Below are positions 8,874 through 18,804 of a stretch of DNA of 28,621 nt, in pieces (the stretch's first letter is position 1; each line of letters starts with the position of its first letter). The translations under genes were made by a program, and so were the position numbers. Below the pieces are notes generated by a model. The model was not told the origin of the DNA. It did not search any database and was given only the letters and a program-made list of their open reading frames with translations. The stretch is from a virus (lineage: Duplodnaviria > Heunggongvirae > Uroviricota > Caudoviricetes): the IMG/VR virus record IMGVR_UViG_2939147180_000004, one strand, 5' to 3'.

Positions 8874-9273
8874 CTGTTCTCCAATGACTAGTCTAAAAAC
8901 TAGTATTAAGACTATCACTTATTTAAGTGATATTGGTTGTCTGGAGATTCAGGGGGCCAGTCTATTGATCCGGACCTTATCTGGTCACTACCTGATGGAG
9001 AAATACGTCGCTACGACAGTCGTCTAAACATAATCTGTCGCGAGTGCCGGAAGAGCGAAGTTATGCAGCGCATACTGGCATTTTATCAGTGAAATTTTCG
9101 TTATTTATAGACGTAACTAGATTAAAGAGCATTAGTTCAGATGTGAATTGACATTTTCACGGCACAGGATTGAGCTAGCGTGGTTGTCTGCTTTGCGTCA
9201 AAAGCAGATATTACCAGATTTAGACATCTATTCCCGATAGCCCTGCTCTGATGCCACACTCTGTGCTATTTTC

Positions 9274-9735
9274 ATGACCCCAATAAAAATATTTATGACT
9301 ATTGCTGATTTCAAACGGCCTAAATTGGAGCTCCCAAACGGGGCAAACAAACTACTACTGCACTCTTGCTGTGCTCCATGTTCCGGTGAAGTGATGGAGG
9401 CGCTTCAGGCCTCGGGAATCGACTATACCATCTTTTTCTACAACCCGAACATTCATCCTCAGAAAGAGTATTTAATTCGTAAGGATGAGAATATTCGCTT
9501 TGCTGAACAACACGGCGTGCCATTTATTGATGCTGATTACGACACAGACAACTGGTTTGAACGTGCCAAAGGAATGGAATGGGAACCCGAGAGGGGGATC
9601 CGTTGTACCATGTGTTTTGACATGCGTTTTGAGCGGACAGCGCTGTACGCTGCTGAAAATGGTTTCAGTGTGATCAGCAGTTCACTGGGCATTTCACGCT
9701 GGAAAAATATGCAGCAGGTTACCGTCACTGGATAA
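9274..9735 (+). CDS. DUF208 / QueH-like protein (epoxyqueuosine reductase family homologue), 153 aa, possibly shortened at the C-terminus
   Basis: Motif [12 protein letters not shown] plus ...[13 protein letters not shown]... and ...[14 protein letters not shown]... match my recollection of the QueH (DUF208) Cys-rich signature. No good RBS at either candidate start. Confidence 0.55.
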   Translation: MTPIKIFMTIADFKRPKLELPNGANKLLLHSCCAPCSGEVMEALQASGIDYTIFFYNPNIHPQKEYLIRKDENIRFAEQHGVPFIDADYDTDNWFERAKGMEWEPERGIRCTMCFDMRFERTALYAAENGFSVISSSLGISRWKNMQQVTVTG

Positions 9736-9810
9736 TCTCAGTCAGATTGCCTTACTCCGAACGCCCACCGCGTCCGTCCCGTACATTCCAGCAACGCATC
9801 TGGAGGTAAC

Positions 9811-10860
9811 GTGCGGGTATTACTTCAACCTGTTCTGGTACCGGAACTCGGGCTGGTGGTCGTTAAGCCGGGCCGTGAATCCATGCCGGTATTCCACAAT
9901 ACCCGGGTACTGGTGGAGCCGGAACCGAAAAGCATGCGTAATCTGCCGTCCGGGGTCGTTCCTGCCGTTCGCCAGCCGCTGGTGGAAGACAAAACATTGC
10001 TGCCGTTTTTCAGTAACGCACGGGTAATTCGTGCTGCTGGTGGTGCTGGTGCATTGTCTGACTGGCTGTTGCGCCATATTAAATCCTGCCAGTGGCCACA
10101 CGGCGATTATCATCACAGCGAAACCGTTATTCACCGTTATGGTACCGGCGCAATGGTGTTGTGCTGGCACTGCGACAACCAGCTGCGTGACCAGACATCC
10201 GAATCACTCGAGCAACTTGCTCATCAAAACCTGTCAGCATGGATGATTGACGTCATCGGTCACGCAATAAGCGGTACGCAGGAGCGTGAATTATCTCTGG
10301 CTGAATTATCCTGGTGGGCGGTCCGCAATCAGGTGGCGGACGCGCTACCGGAAGTGGTATTACGTCGCTCGCTGGGATTACCAGCGGAAAAAAACTGCTC
10401 GGTGTACCGCGAAAGCGACATCGTACCGGGAGAGCAGACCGCCACCAGCATATTGAAACAGCGCACAAAAAATCTTGCACCGTTGCCTCACGCCCACCAG
10501 CAACAAAACCCATCACAGGAAAAGACGGTGGTAAGCATCACCGTTGATCCAGAGTCTCCGGAATCTTTCATGAAGCTGCCTAAACGTCACCGTTGGGTTA
10601 AGGAGAAATACACACGCTGGGTTAAGACACAGCCGTGTGCTTGCTGCGGTATGCCAGCCGACGATCCGCATCATCTGATTGGTCACGGGCAGGGCGGAAT
10701 GGGAACCAAAGCACATGATCTCTTTGTGTTGCCTTTGTGCAGAAAGCATCACGACGAGTTGCATACGGATACCGTGGCATTTGAAGAGAAGTATGGCTCC
10801 CAACTGGAGCTGATTTTTCGATTTATCGATCGCGCGCTGGCAATTGGTGTGCTGGCCTAA
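9811..10860 (+). CDS. DUF968-family prophage protein (YdfU-like, 349 aa) with C-terminal HNH-like Cys/His motif
   Basis: GTG start at 9811 with GGAGGT RBS 4 nt upstream; C-terminus ...[43 protein letters not shown]. Sits directly upstream of Q, where lambdoid phages carry nin-region genes. Confidence 0.7.
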   Translation: MRVLLQPVLVPELGLVVVKPGRESMPVFHNTRVLVEPEPKSMRNLPSGVVPAVRQPLVEDKTLLPFFSNARVIRAAGGAGALSDWLLRHIKSCQWPHGDYHHSETVIHRYGTGAMVLCWHCDNQLRDQTSESLEQLAHQNLSAWMIDVIGHAISGTQERELSLAELSWWAVRNQVADALPEVVLRRSLGLPAEKNCSVYRESDIVPGEQTATSILKQRTKNLAPLPHAHQQQNPSQEKTVVSITVDPESPESFMKLPKRHRWVKEKYTRWVKTQPCACCGMPADDPHHLIGHGQGGMGTKAHDLFVLPLCRKHHDELHTDTVAFEEKYGSQLELIFRFIDRALAIGVLA

Positions 10861-10877
10861 TTTTGTGGAGTAAGTTG

Positions 10878-11255
10878 ATGCGTGATATTCAGATGGTTCT
10901 TGAGCGTTGGGGGGCATGGGCGGCTAATAATCATGAAGATGTGACCTGGTCGTCCATTGCCGCCGGTTTTAAGGGATTAATTCCTTCAAAAGTAAGATCT
11001 CGTCCGCAATGCTGTGACGATGACGCGATGATCATTTGTGAATGTATGGCTCGCCTGAAAAAAAACAACAGCGATTTACATGATTTATTGGTGGACTATT
11101 ATGTCGGCGGCATGACTTTTATGGCGCTTGCACGTAAGCATGGGCGATCTGATTGTTGGGTTGGCAGGATGCTCCAGAAAGCTGAGGGCGTAGTGGAGGG
11201 CATGCTGATGGTGTTGGATCTCCGATTGGAGATGGATGCTGATTGTTCGAAATAA
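10878..11255 (+). CDS. Q: Late-gene antiterminator Q (QuuD/phage-82-type), 125 aa
   Basis: [33 protein letters not shown]...[32 protein letters not shown] matches my recollection of E. coli DLP12 QuuD. ATG 10878 with GGAG RBS 7 nt upstream. Confidence 0.85.
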   Translation: MRDIQMVLERWGAWAANNHEDVTWSSIAAGFKGLIPSKVRSRPQCCDDDAMIICECMARLKKNNSDLHDLLVDYYVGGMTFMALARKHGRSDCWVGRMLQKAEGVVEGMLMVLDLRLEMDADCSK

Positions 11256-11354
11256 TTAAAGGAAAAGTTGCTGTCTGATTTTCATTAGTCTAACATTTTA
11301 AATGTTGGAATCGCAACGTAGTTATTATCATATAACAGCTTGTTTCCTGATTTA
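11256..11354 (+). promoter_or_regulatory. Probable late promoter (pR'-like) / Q-utilisation region
   Basis: About 100 bp between the Q stop and a strong terminator. Candidate hexamers TTGCTG (11268..11273), 17-bp spacer, TAACAT (11291..11296); an alternative TTGGAA is at 11305. Exact hexamers uncertain. Confidence 0.3.
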
Positions 11355-11383
11355 GCCAGCCTCCCCAAAGGCTGGTTTTTTTC
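11355..11383 (+). terminator. Rho-independent terminator (tR'-like) downstream of Q
   Basis: Stem CCAGCCT / AGGCTGG (11356..11362 and 11369..11375) with CCCCAA loop, followed by T8. Confidence 0.6.
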
Positions 11384-11410
11384 TAATAAGTATCATTTCG
11401 GGTGGGGATT

Positions 11411-11935
11411 TTATTGTTTAACCCATAATAGTTCATTGACATTGAATCCCAACTTTTGAGCGGTACGCACATAGTCTGCTTTTACATTATCTGGAATAGT
11501 TTGGGTCCTTGCCAGAATCCATAGGTATTCTCTGTTCGGACCACTGACAAGAGCATACTTATACTCATCATCCAGTTTGATTACATTATAGCCACCATAG
11601 AAGGGGCCAAAAAACGAAACTTTCAACGCTGCAGTTTTAGTATCTCCAGTAAAGTATGCTTTACCTTCGCTCTCGCTCCATTTGTTTTTCGTTGGATCGT
11701 ATCCACGGTTAAGTACGCGAATCCCTCCGTCGTTCCGTTTTTCATAAGTAGCGCTGACCTGTTCCAGACCACGTTCGAACCAGTTCTCGAGGCGAGCTAT
11801 TTCATACCATTTTCCGAGGTAGCGGTTGGCGTCAAAATTTGTAATCGGCTGCACACCTTTAGGTGGTGTCGGGGCCTTACATGCTATAAGAGTGAAAGAG
11901 AGTGCAATGCCAGTCAACACAGGCCATAACTTCAT
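11411..11935 (-). CDS. Outer-membrane lipocalin lipoprotein (Blc-like), 174 aa
   Basis: Lipoprotein signal with lipobox LIAC; ...FDANRYLGKWYEIARLENWFERGLEQVSATY...KVSFFGPFYGGYNVI...YLWILART... closely parallels E. coli Blc. AGGA RBS 8 nt upstream. Confidence 0.8.
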   Translation of the reverse strand: MKLWPVLTGIALSFTLIACKAPTPPKGVQPITNFDANRYLGKWYEIARLENWFERGLEQVSATYEKRNDGGIRVLNRGYDPTKNKWSESEGKAYFTGDTKTAALKVSFFGPFYGGYNVIKLDDEYKYALVSGPNREYLWILARTQTIPDNVKADYVRTAQKLGFNVNELLWVKQ

Positions 11936-12127
11936 AATAAATCCTGTACTTTTGATAGTTGAGAGTAAGTATGAAAGATAGATGAGTACGACCGATCACT
12001 TAAAGAACTTTCCTACTATATTAGGAATAGTCAATAACAGAAAAATTGTCAGTGATGAAGCCAGAAAGGCAATTTAGTCCGTGCACTACAAAGTTTATGT
12101 GTTAATGAATTAGTCAAGGGGGAGGAA

Positions 12128-13087
12128 ATGATAAAAAAACCTGTGATTGGGATCAGCGGTTGTTTGGGCGGTTCTGCTGTTCGTTTTGATGGTGGTCACA
12201 AAAGAGATGACTTTTTAATGGACAAATTAGTGGAATGGGTAACATTCAGACCAGTATGTCCGGAAATGGCTATAGGGCTGCCAGTTCCGCGTCCTGCTCT
12301 ACGACTTGTGCGCTCGAAGCAAGGAAATATACGGATGTGTTTCAGCCACGACCAGAATGAGGATGTGACAGAGAGAATGACAGAGTTTAGTCGTTCTTAT
12401 ATGGACAAATTAAAGGATGTATCGGGGTTTGTGGTTTGTGCTAAATCTCCCAGCTGTGGCATGGAGCGCGTGCGTGTCTATGATGAAAATGGTAATCGAG
12501 GTCGTAAAGATGGAGTGGGACTATTTACGAGCACTTTGATGGAAAAGTTTTCCTGGCTACCGGTTGAAGAGGATGGGCGATTACATGATCCAGTGCTTCG
12601 TGAGAATTTTATTGAAAGAGTTTTTGCTTTGCATGAGCTCAATCACCTTTACAAGGAGAAATTATCAAGAAGAGAGTTATTAGCTTTTCATAGTCGTTAT
12701 AAGCTTCAGTTGTTGGCGCATAGCCAGGCAGGCTATAAAGATATGGGACCATTTGTGGCTGCAATACACGAGTGGGCGGACCTTGAATCATACTTTGAGG
12801 TGTATCGTGATAATCTGATGGCGATTCTCAGAAAACCAGCATCACGTAAAAATCACACGAATGTGCTGATGCATATACAGGGGTATTTTAGTAATTACTT
12901 AAGTACACGCCAGCGTAAAGAGTTGAGCGAGGTTATACTTAACTATCGCTTTGGCACATTGCCTCTTCTTGCGCCGTTGACTCTGCTGAAGCATTATCTG
13001 GGTGAGTATCCTAATGATTACTTGCTTACACAGAATTACTTCGATCCCTATCCGGAAGAACTGGCTCTAAGACTGATGGTGAATTAA
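12128..13087 (+). CDS. DUF523 (TudS-like Fe-S desulfidase fold) - DUF1722 fusion protein, 319 aa
   Basis: N-terminus VIGISGCLGGSAVRFDGGHKRD...CPEMAIGLPVPRP...KSPSCG fits DUF523; the C-terminal half resembles YbgA-type DUF1722. Strong RBS GGGGGAGG upstream. Confidence 0.65.
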   Translation: MIKKPVIGISGCLGGSAVRFDGGHKRDDFLMDKLVEWVTFRPVCPEMAIGLPVPRPALRLVRSKQGNIRMCFSHDQNEDVTERMTEFSRSYMDKLKDVSGFVVCAKSPSCGMERVRVYDENGNRGRKDGVGLFTSTLMEKFSWLPVEEDGRLHDPVLRENFIERVFALHELNHLYKEKLSRRELLAFHSRYKLQLLAHSQAGYKDMGPFVAAIHEWADLESYFEVYRDNLMAILRKPASRKNHTNVLMHIQGYFSNYLSTRQRKELSEVILNYRFGTLPLLAPLTLLKHYLGEYPNDYLLTQNYFDPYPEELALRLMVN

Positions 13088-13493
13088 CTGTATGCGATAT
13101 CATCTGAAAGTGATGAGTTCCTGTATGCAGGATATTTACAATCGTAAAAACTACGCTATGATGCTCATAGTGTCAGTTTTTATAAAAATCCTGTTCACGC
13201 TAAAGAAAACATTGAGATGCAATTTAATGTTGGTAAACATACCAGCCCCAAAAGATTTTATTCAATCTGTTTTTATATGAAGATATTTCAAGTGAATATA
13301 AAGAGCATATAATATTATTATTGCACGCAGCTATTATAATATAACAGATTAGTTTAATGATTTGTTTTTTGTGAGTTAAACACATGGTTTTATAGTTGTG
13401 ATGCAATGAGATTTTCCTTATTGTTGAACTGGCGAATATTGATTTTCCACCTATACTTACCTGGTGTAACCCCAATGATATCAGGTGGATAAT

Positions 13494-14207
13494 ATGCCAT
13501 ACATATGTTCTATCATTTTGGTGTTGAACTCGTTTGGTGTCCGAATTGGTAAAGAAGATATTTTGTTTAAAAAAGGAAATGCTGTCCTCATTGAATACAA
13601 TTTAAAAGATCTTTTTTCGTCAAATACAGATCATCTAATGATCGTAGATATTGAGGAGAAAACAGTTAATGATTTCTTTAAAAACTACACACTCTCACCT
13701 TTTTCTGTAAGAAGGTTTTATCCGTCATACTTGATAGTAGAATGTGAAGATTTTTCATTGTTAAGGAACTTGGTTGCATGCTTGAATTGTGATAGCAAAA
13801 CCGTGGATGTAGTTAGAAATCAAATATCACTTGCATGTCTTGCTGTCTTATCTTCAGAGAAAATAGTGCAAAGTTTTTTGTTCGGAAGTCTTAATAGCTT
13901 AGGTTGTAAAGTTAAGGCTATTATTCACTCGGATATCTCAGCGTCATGGAGACTTTGTGATATATCTTCAAGATTATATATGAGCGAGAGTTTGTTAAAA
14001 AGAAAATTAAAAGACGAAGGATTATCGTTTAGTAAATTAATTCTTGAAGAACGAATGATGATGGCGCAAAGATTATTGATCTACAGTAACCATACTGTCG
14101 GCAAGGTGGCGGGAATATGCGGGTATGACAATGCATCATATTTTGTAAGTGTTTTTAGAGGATATTTTGGTGTGCCTCCGCACCAATATTTATCAAGATT
14201 TTCTTAG
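13494..14207 (+). CDS. AraC/XylS-family transcriptional regulator (AppY/GadX-like), 237 aa
   Basis: C-terminal AraC-type HTH (...VGKVAGICGYDNASYFVSVFRGYFGVPPHQY); N-terminus resembles AppY; AGGTGG RBS 5 nt upstream of ATG 13494; sits in an A+T-rich segment. Confidence 0.8.
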   Translation: MPYICSIILVLNSFGVRIGKEDILFKKGNAVLIEYNLKDLFSSNTDHLMIVDIEEKTVNDFFKNYTLSPFSVRRFYPSYLIVECEDFSLLRNLVACLNCDSKTVDVVRNQISLACLAVLSSEKIVQSFLFGSLNSLGCKVKAIIHSDISASWRLCDISSRLYMSESLLKRKLKDEGLSFSKLILEERMMMAQRLLIYSNHTVGKVAGICGYDNASYFVSVFRGYFGVPPHQYLSRFS

Positions 14208-14275
14208 AAGATATGATGTGATGGCATTTTATAAAGTTATTTTTTGAAGTGTAAGATTATACGATATTTTTAGCT

Positions 14276-14306
14276 ACGCCAGAATAATTGCTGGCGTTTT
14301 TCTTTT
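14276..14306 (+). terminator. Rho-independent terminator after the AraC-family gene
   Basis: ACGCCAG / CTGGCGT stem (14276..14282 and 14291..14297) followed by TTTTCTTTTT. Confidence 0.55.
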
Positions 14307-14397
14307 TGAATAGATGTTCGGGCCTTACGCTAATGTAACTTCTTTCCTTCTTCGAACCAAACCGTGTACACCATCCGTTATCTGCGGAGGTGAGGCT

Positions 14398-14613
14398 ATG
14401 AAATCCATGGATAAGTTAACAACGGGCATCGCCTACAGCACCTCTGCAGGCAGTGCTGGCTACTGGTTTTTACAGTTGCTCGATAAAGTCACGCCCTCAC
14501 AGTGGGCGGCAATAGGTGTATTGGGTAGTCTGGTATTTGGCATGCTGACGTATCTGACAAACCTTTATTTCAAGATTAAAGAAGACAGGCGTAAGGTTGC
14601 GAGAAGAGAGTAA
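14398..14613 (+). CDS. S: Class II holin, phage 21 S-like pinholin (71 aa) with dual-start MKSM motif
   Basis: [66 protein letters not shown]; GGAGGTGAGG RBS; internal start of ORF 14314..14613. Confidence 0.85.
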   Translation: MKSMDKLTTGIAYSTSAGSAGYWFLQLLDKVTPSQWAAIGVLGSLVFGMLTYLTNLYFKIKEDRRKVARRE

Positions 14614-14617
14614 TCCA

Positions 14618-15169
14618 ATGACTCAAGACTATGAACTGGTTGTGAAAGGAGTTCGCAATTTTGAGAATAAAGTGGCGGTAACTGTAGCCTTACGGGACAA
14701 AAAACACTTTGACGGTGAAATTTTTGACCTGGACATCTCGCTGGACCGTGTTGAAGGTGCCGCGCTGGAGTTTTATGAGGCAGCAGCCAGAAGGAGCATC
14801 AGACAGGTCTTCCTGGATGTTGCTGCCGGGTTATGTGAAGGGGATGAGCAGTCGCCGGAAAAGCGCCCCATAATTTTAGAGGCGCAGAATGTGTGGATAA
14901 CCTACAAAGGAAAGCTACCGGGAAGAATTACTGGTTCTCTGAAGACGCCACCGACGGCATTGCGGTCAGAAAAAGATGATATTGAATCGCCCATTGAAAA
15001 ACTGGAGGGCAGCGTCGCTGATCTGAATAAAAAATTGTCGGTGCTGATTCCTTCTGAAGATGAAAAAAAACGCCGCGATGAGCAGTTTGCGGCGTTTTAC
15101 GATTATTGCATTGAAGTTACTCGCAGGAATTTTGTGAAGATTTTTGAGGAGGGTAAATCTCTTCAGTAA
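14618..15169 (+). CDS. DUF1327-family protein (YdfR-like), 183 aa, inserted between holin and endolysin
   Basis: MTQDYELVVKGVRNFENKVAVTVAL... matches my recollection of the Qin YdfR N-terminus; ATG 14618 just after the holin stop, with purine-rich RBS. Confidence 0.6.
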   Translation: MTQDYELVVKGVRNFENKVAVTVALRDKKHFDGEIFDLDISLDRVEGAALEFYEAAARRSIRQVFLDVAAGLCEGDEQSPEKRPIILEAQNVWITYKGKLPGRITGSLKTPPTALRSEKDDIESPIEKLEGSVADLNKKLSVLIPSEDEKKRRDEQFAAFYDYCIEVTRRNFVKIFEEGKSLQ

Positions 15170-15377
15170 GCTTATTGGCGGACGCTGCAATTAATTCAGG
15201 AAGGTCCGCAAGGTCATCTGTCAGTGGATATGATGAAAAATCGGCGGCAGTTCTGTTAAGAAGCGCTTTAACTAATTCCTTTTCCTTCTCCGGCAACAAG
15301 TTGATTAGAGCTACGACTGCTTGCCTGAGTGCGATTAAATCAGCAAAAGTTTGTTTAGGTAGATTTGTGTAATCCAT
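15117..15377 (-). CDS. Hypothetical protein (86 aa) encoded antisense within the lysis cassette
   Basis: ATG at 15377 (minus) with GAGG RBS 5-6 nt upstream; fills the otherwise empty 320-bp gap between the DUF1327 gene and the endolysin; 3' end overlaps the DUF1327 gene by 53 bp. Confidence 0.45.
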   Translation of the reverse strand: MDYTNLPKQTFADLIALRQAVVALINLLPEKEKELVKALLNRTAADFSSYPLTDDLADLPELIAASANKLTEEIYPPQKSSQNSCE

Positions 15378-15490
15378 AGTCGCCTCTGTGTTTATCAGAT
15401 TGACATCCTCCTCCCGCCAGTGCCCATCACTGGTGAGGTAAGATTTAACATATCCGGGGATTTGAAGCCGATAAATCCTGATAAATATCC

Positions 15491-16518
<1,028 letters not shown>

Positions 16519-16881
16519 ATTAATATTAAATCGGATTATTTTTAGCGCTGAATGTGAAATTTAAATAAAAAGGACTCTTCCATGAGTCAAAATCCTTGAA
16601 ATCTTAAGGGTAAGATAAAAGGTCATTAGACAGAATGACACGTTTTATTAATAAATAAAGCTATTGTTTCATTCGTGTGTTTTTCTTTACAAAAGTAATC
16701 CTTGCTATGGTTGGTTAATCATGCGTTAATGGTGTTCTGGTTTGTTACAAAATTATCTGAAGCAGTCATTGTTATAATTTTATTATTTGTACCTCTTGAG
16801 ATTTCCTTGTTGGTTTTTCTCTCTGATATTTTTTTTCGGACCATTCTGCCCAAGGGCTAACTTCTTCAAAAGGTAATAATG

Positions 16882-17094
16882 ATGTCTAACACAATGACTG
16901 GTTTAGTGAAATGGTTTAACCCTGAAAAAGGTTTTGGTTTCATCACGCCGAAAGATGGTAGCAAAGATGTGTTTGTCCATTTCTCAGCTATTCAGAGCAA
17001 CGATTTCAAAACGTTAACTGAGAATCAGGAAGTCGAATTTGGTATTGAGAACGGACCTAAAGGCCCCGCGGCTGTTCATGTTGTGGCACTTTGA
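16882..17094 (+). CDS. cspI: Cold-shock protein, CspA family (CspI/CspB-like), 70 aa
   Basis: [70 protein letters not shown]; preceded by a long A+T-rich leader typical of cold-shock genes. Confidence 0.85.
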   Translation: MSNTMTGLVKWFNPEKGFGFITPKDGSKDVFVHFSAIQSNDFKTLTENQEVEFGIENGPKGPAAVHVVAL

Positions 17095-17293
17095 GGTAGA
17101 AAATATTACAAACCATATTCACTTTAGATGCCCGTGTTGCCATGGTTCTCAGTATAGAACATCATCTTTTGATGTTTCTGACAGGAATCCTTTCGGGGCA
17201 AAATGTATCTTTTGTAAATCAATGATGATTACATTTGATAATATTTCACAATACTTAAATGTTAGCCGTCTATCGTTAGATTTAAGAAAGTGA
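17078..17293 (+). CDS. Small Cys-rich zinc-ribbon protein (YnfN-like), start uncertain
   Basis: ...[35 protein letters not shown]...; the ORF-track start at 17039 is TTG; the first ATG (17078) overlaps the csp stop by 17 nt and has a weak RBS. Confidence 0.4.
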   Translation: MLWHFEVENITNHIHFRCPCCHGSQYRTSSFDVSDRNPFGAKCIFCKSMMITFDNISQYLNVSRLSLDLRK

Positions 17294-17300
17294 AAATGAA

Positions 17301-17322
17301 GGCTCCTTCGGGAGCTTTTTTG
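17301..17322 (+). terminator. Rho-independent terminator
   Basis: GCTCC / GGAGC stem with TTCG tetraloop followed by T7 (ggctccttcgggagcttttttt). Confidence 0.5.
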
Positions 17323-17767
17323 CTTAGTGTCTAGTCGATGGATACTCACATATTACGGTAACATTATGAAAAAAATAATAGTTTTTTTAACTCTGAACCA
17401 GCAATGGTAGTGCCAGTGATGACCGGAGTTAACACCATCATGCGTGAATATCCAAATGGCGAAACAACACACCTCACTGTAATGGCTGCAGGGTTTCCAT
17501 CTCTGACCGGAGATCATAAAGTCATTTATGTAGCAGCGGATCGACATGTAACTTCAGAAGAAATTCTGGAAGCAGCAATGAGACTCTTGAATTGATTTGA
17601 TTCTAATGCATTGATAATAAATGATAATCATCTTTATCTGTTTGTGTGAAATTTAGACCGTCGTATGTTGATTATTGCGATGTTTCATCTTATCTTTTAT
17701 ACGTTTGCTCCATATAATTGACACTACTGTGTACCAGGAAAGTCATAACAGACTAAAAGAGGAAATG

Positions 17768-17941
17768 ATGAACATTGAAGAGTTAAAAACAAAAACAGAA
17801 GCAGATATTTCTGAATATATAACAAAAAAAATCATTGAGCTTAAGAAAAAGACCGGGAAAGAAGTTACCAGTATCCAGTTTACTGCACGGGAAAAAATGA
17901 CTGGTCTTGAAAGCTATGATATCAAGATTGATTTAATCTAG
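17768..17941 (+). CDS. gnsB: GnsA/GnsB-family small protein (57 aa)
   Basis: MNIEELKTKTEADISEYITKKIIELKKKTGKEVTSIQFTAREKMTGLESYDIKIDLI resembles my recollection of GnsB; GAGG RBS 7 nt upstream of ATG 17768. Confidence 0.7.
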   Translation: MNIEELKTKTEADISEYITKKIIELKKKTGKEVTSIQFTAREKMTGLESYDIKIDLI

Positions 17942-18234
17942 TCTGTTTAGTATTAGCATCAATTTCTCATCAGATGCTATTCAACAATACAAATTACCCA
18001 TAAACCTCGTTTTTACGGGGTTTTGTTATATTTAAACATTACCGAATAGGTATAAATCTCGATTGTCGATGGTATTGGTTGTGTGACAATACCTAGTCTT
18101 TCCGGTATGCCTGAAGAGAATACAAACGACAGATTATGTAAGGGAAACGCGCTGAATCTTTAACTCTTTCATGCTGAGTGATTTGACGTTATATTTTTAG
18201 CCGTAAGTGAAGAGCAAACGCATGGAGCGACAAA

Positions 18235-18441
18235 ATGCATAAAGATCAATACACTGATGCCCCCTCCCAGGAGCAGGTTCGTGTAAAAACTATGCTTAAT
18301 AGCACCATTTCGATGGGTTACCCGGATGTTGTAATTGCATGTATAGAACATCAAGTGTCTCTGGAAGCATTCAGGGCAATTGAGGCCGCGTTAGTAAAGC
18401 ACGATAAGAATACGAAGGATTATTCCCTGGTGGTTGACTGA
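18235..18441 (+). CDS. Hypothetical small protein (68 aa)
   Basis: ATG with GGAG RBS 6 nt upstream; no family assignment. Confidence 0.35.
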   Translation: MHKDQYTDAPSQEQVRVKTMLNSTISMGYPDVVIACIEHQVSLEAFRAIEAALVKHDKNTKDYSLVVD

Positions 18442-18804
18442 TCACCATAACTGCTAACCATTCTGACCATTTCACAAGTGACAGAGTCAATATCGTATTC
18501 TGTCACTGTCAGGCTAATACAGCAATGCAATTCAACTACAGCAATGCCTCGTATTTAGGTGAATTTACAATATCGTCCAGTTCGGATGCCGGCTGCATTT
18601 CTGAAGATAAGGCATTTCGGTTCTCGTATTTTCCCCTCATGCTCGTCAGTCCTGCGCGTAGTAAGAAACAGGACACTCACACTAATTTGTGTGGGCATGC
18701 TGTGATGTCCTTCTGAATTATCCCCATGCCATTATGTAAAGCTCTGTTTCAGATGCTCGTCACGGTTGTCAGGCTGTCGGGTCCTCCCAGTGGGGGTCCC
18801 TGCC

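Larger units (their letters stand above)
7634..8964 (-). mobile_element. IS2 (IS3 family), complete 1331-bp copy, transposase genes on minus strand
   Basis: Ends TGGATTTGCCCCTATATTTCCAGACATCTG (IRR, reverse-complemented) at 7634 and ...CAGGGGGCCAGTCTA (IRL, reverse-complemented) at 8964. Flanked by a perfect 5-bp direct repeat TTGAT (7629..7633 and 8965..8969). 100% identical in the compared stretches to the second copy. Confidence 0.95.
7358..9092 (+). pseudogene. ren-like small gene split by IS2 (5' part 7358..7633, 3' part 8965..9092)
   Basis: GTG start at 7358 with AAGGAGG RBS. The ORF runs straight into the IS2 end at 7634. Removing IS2 and one copy of the TTGAT duplication restores a 133-codon frame ending at TGA 9090..9092. 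The restored C-terminus ...NIICRECGKSEVMQRILAFYQ resembles lambda Ren as I recall it. Confidence 0.5.

Noticed and set aside
9274-10860. DUF208 and DUF968 ORFs as a single fusion gene interrupted by one stop
   Set aside because: They are in the same frame, but the downstream ORF has its own strong GGAGGT RBS and GTG start, and 25 stop-free codons is not statistically remarkable; treated as two genes, with the alternative noted in findings.
17366-17595. Possible frameshifted gene (14-codon MKKIIVFLTLNQQW ORF next to a T7 run, followed by a 63-aa ORF in another frame)
   Set aside because: A single-T slip in the homopolymer does not join the frames, the 63-aa ORF has no convincing RBS, and the 14-codon peptide is compositionally trivial; left unannotated.
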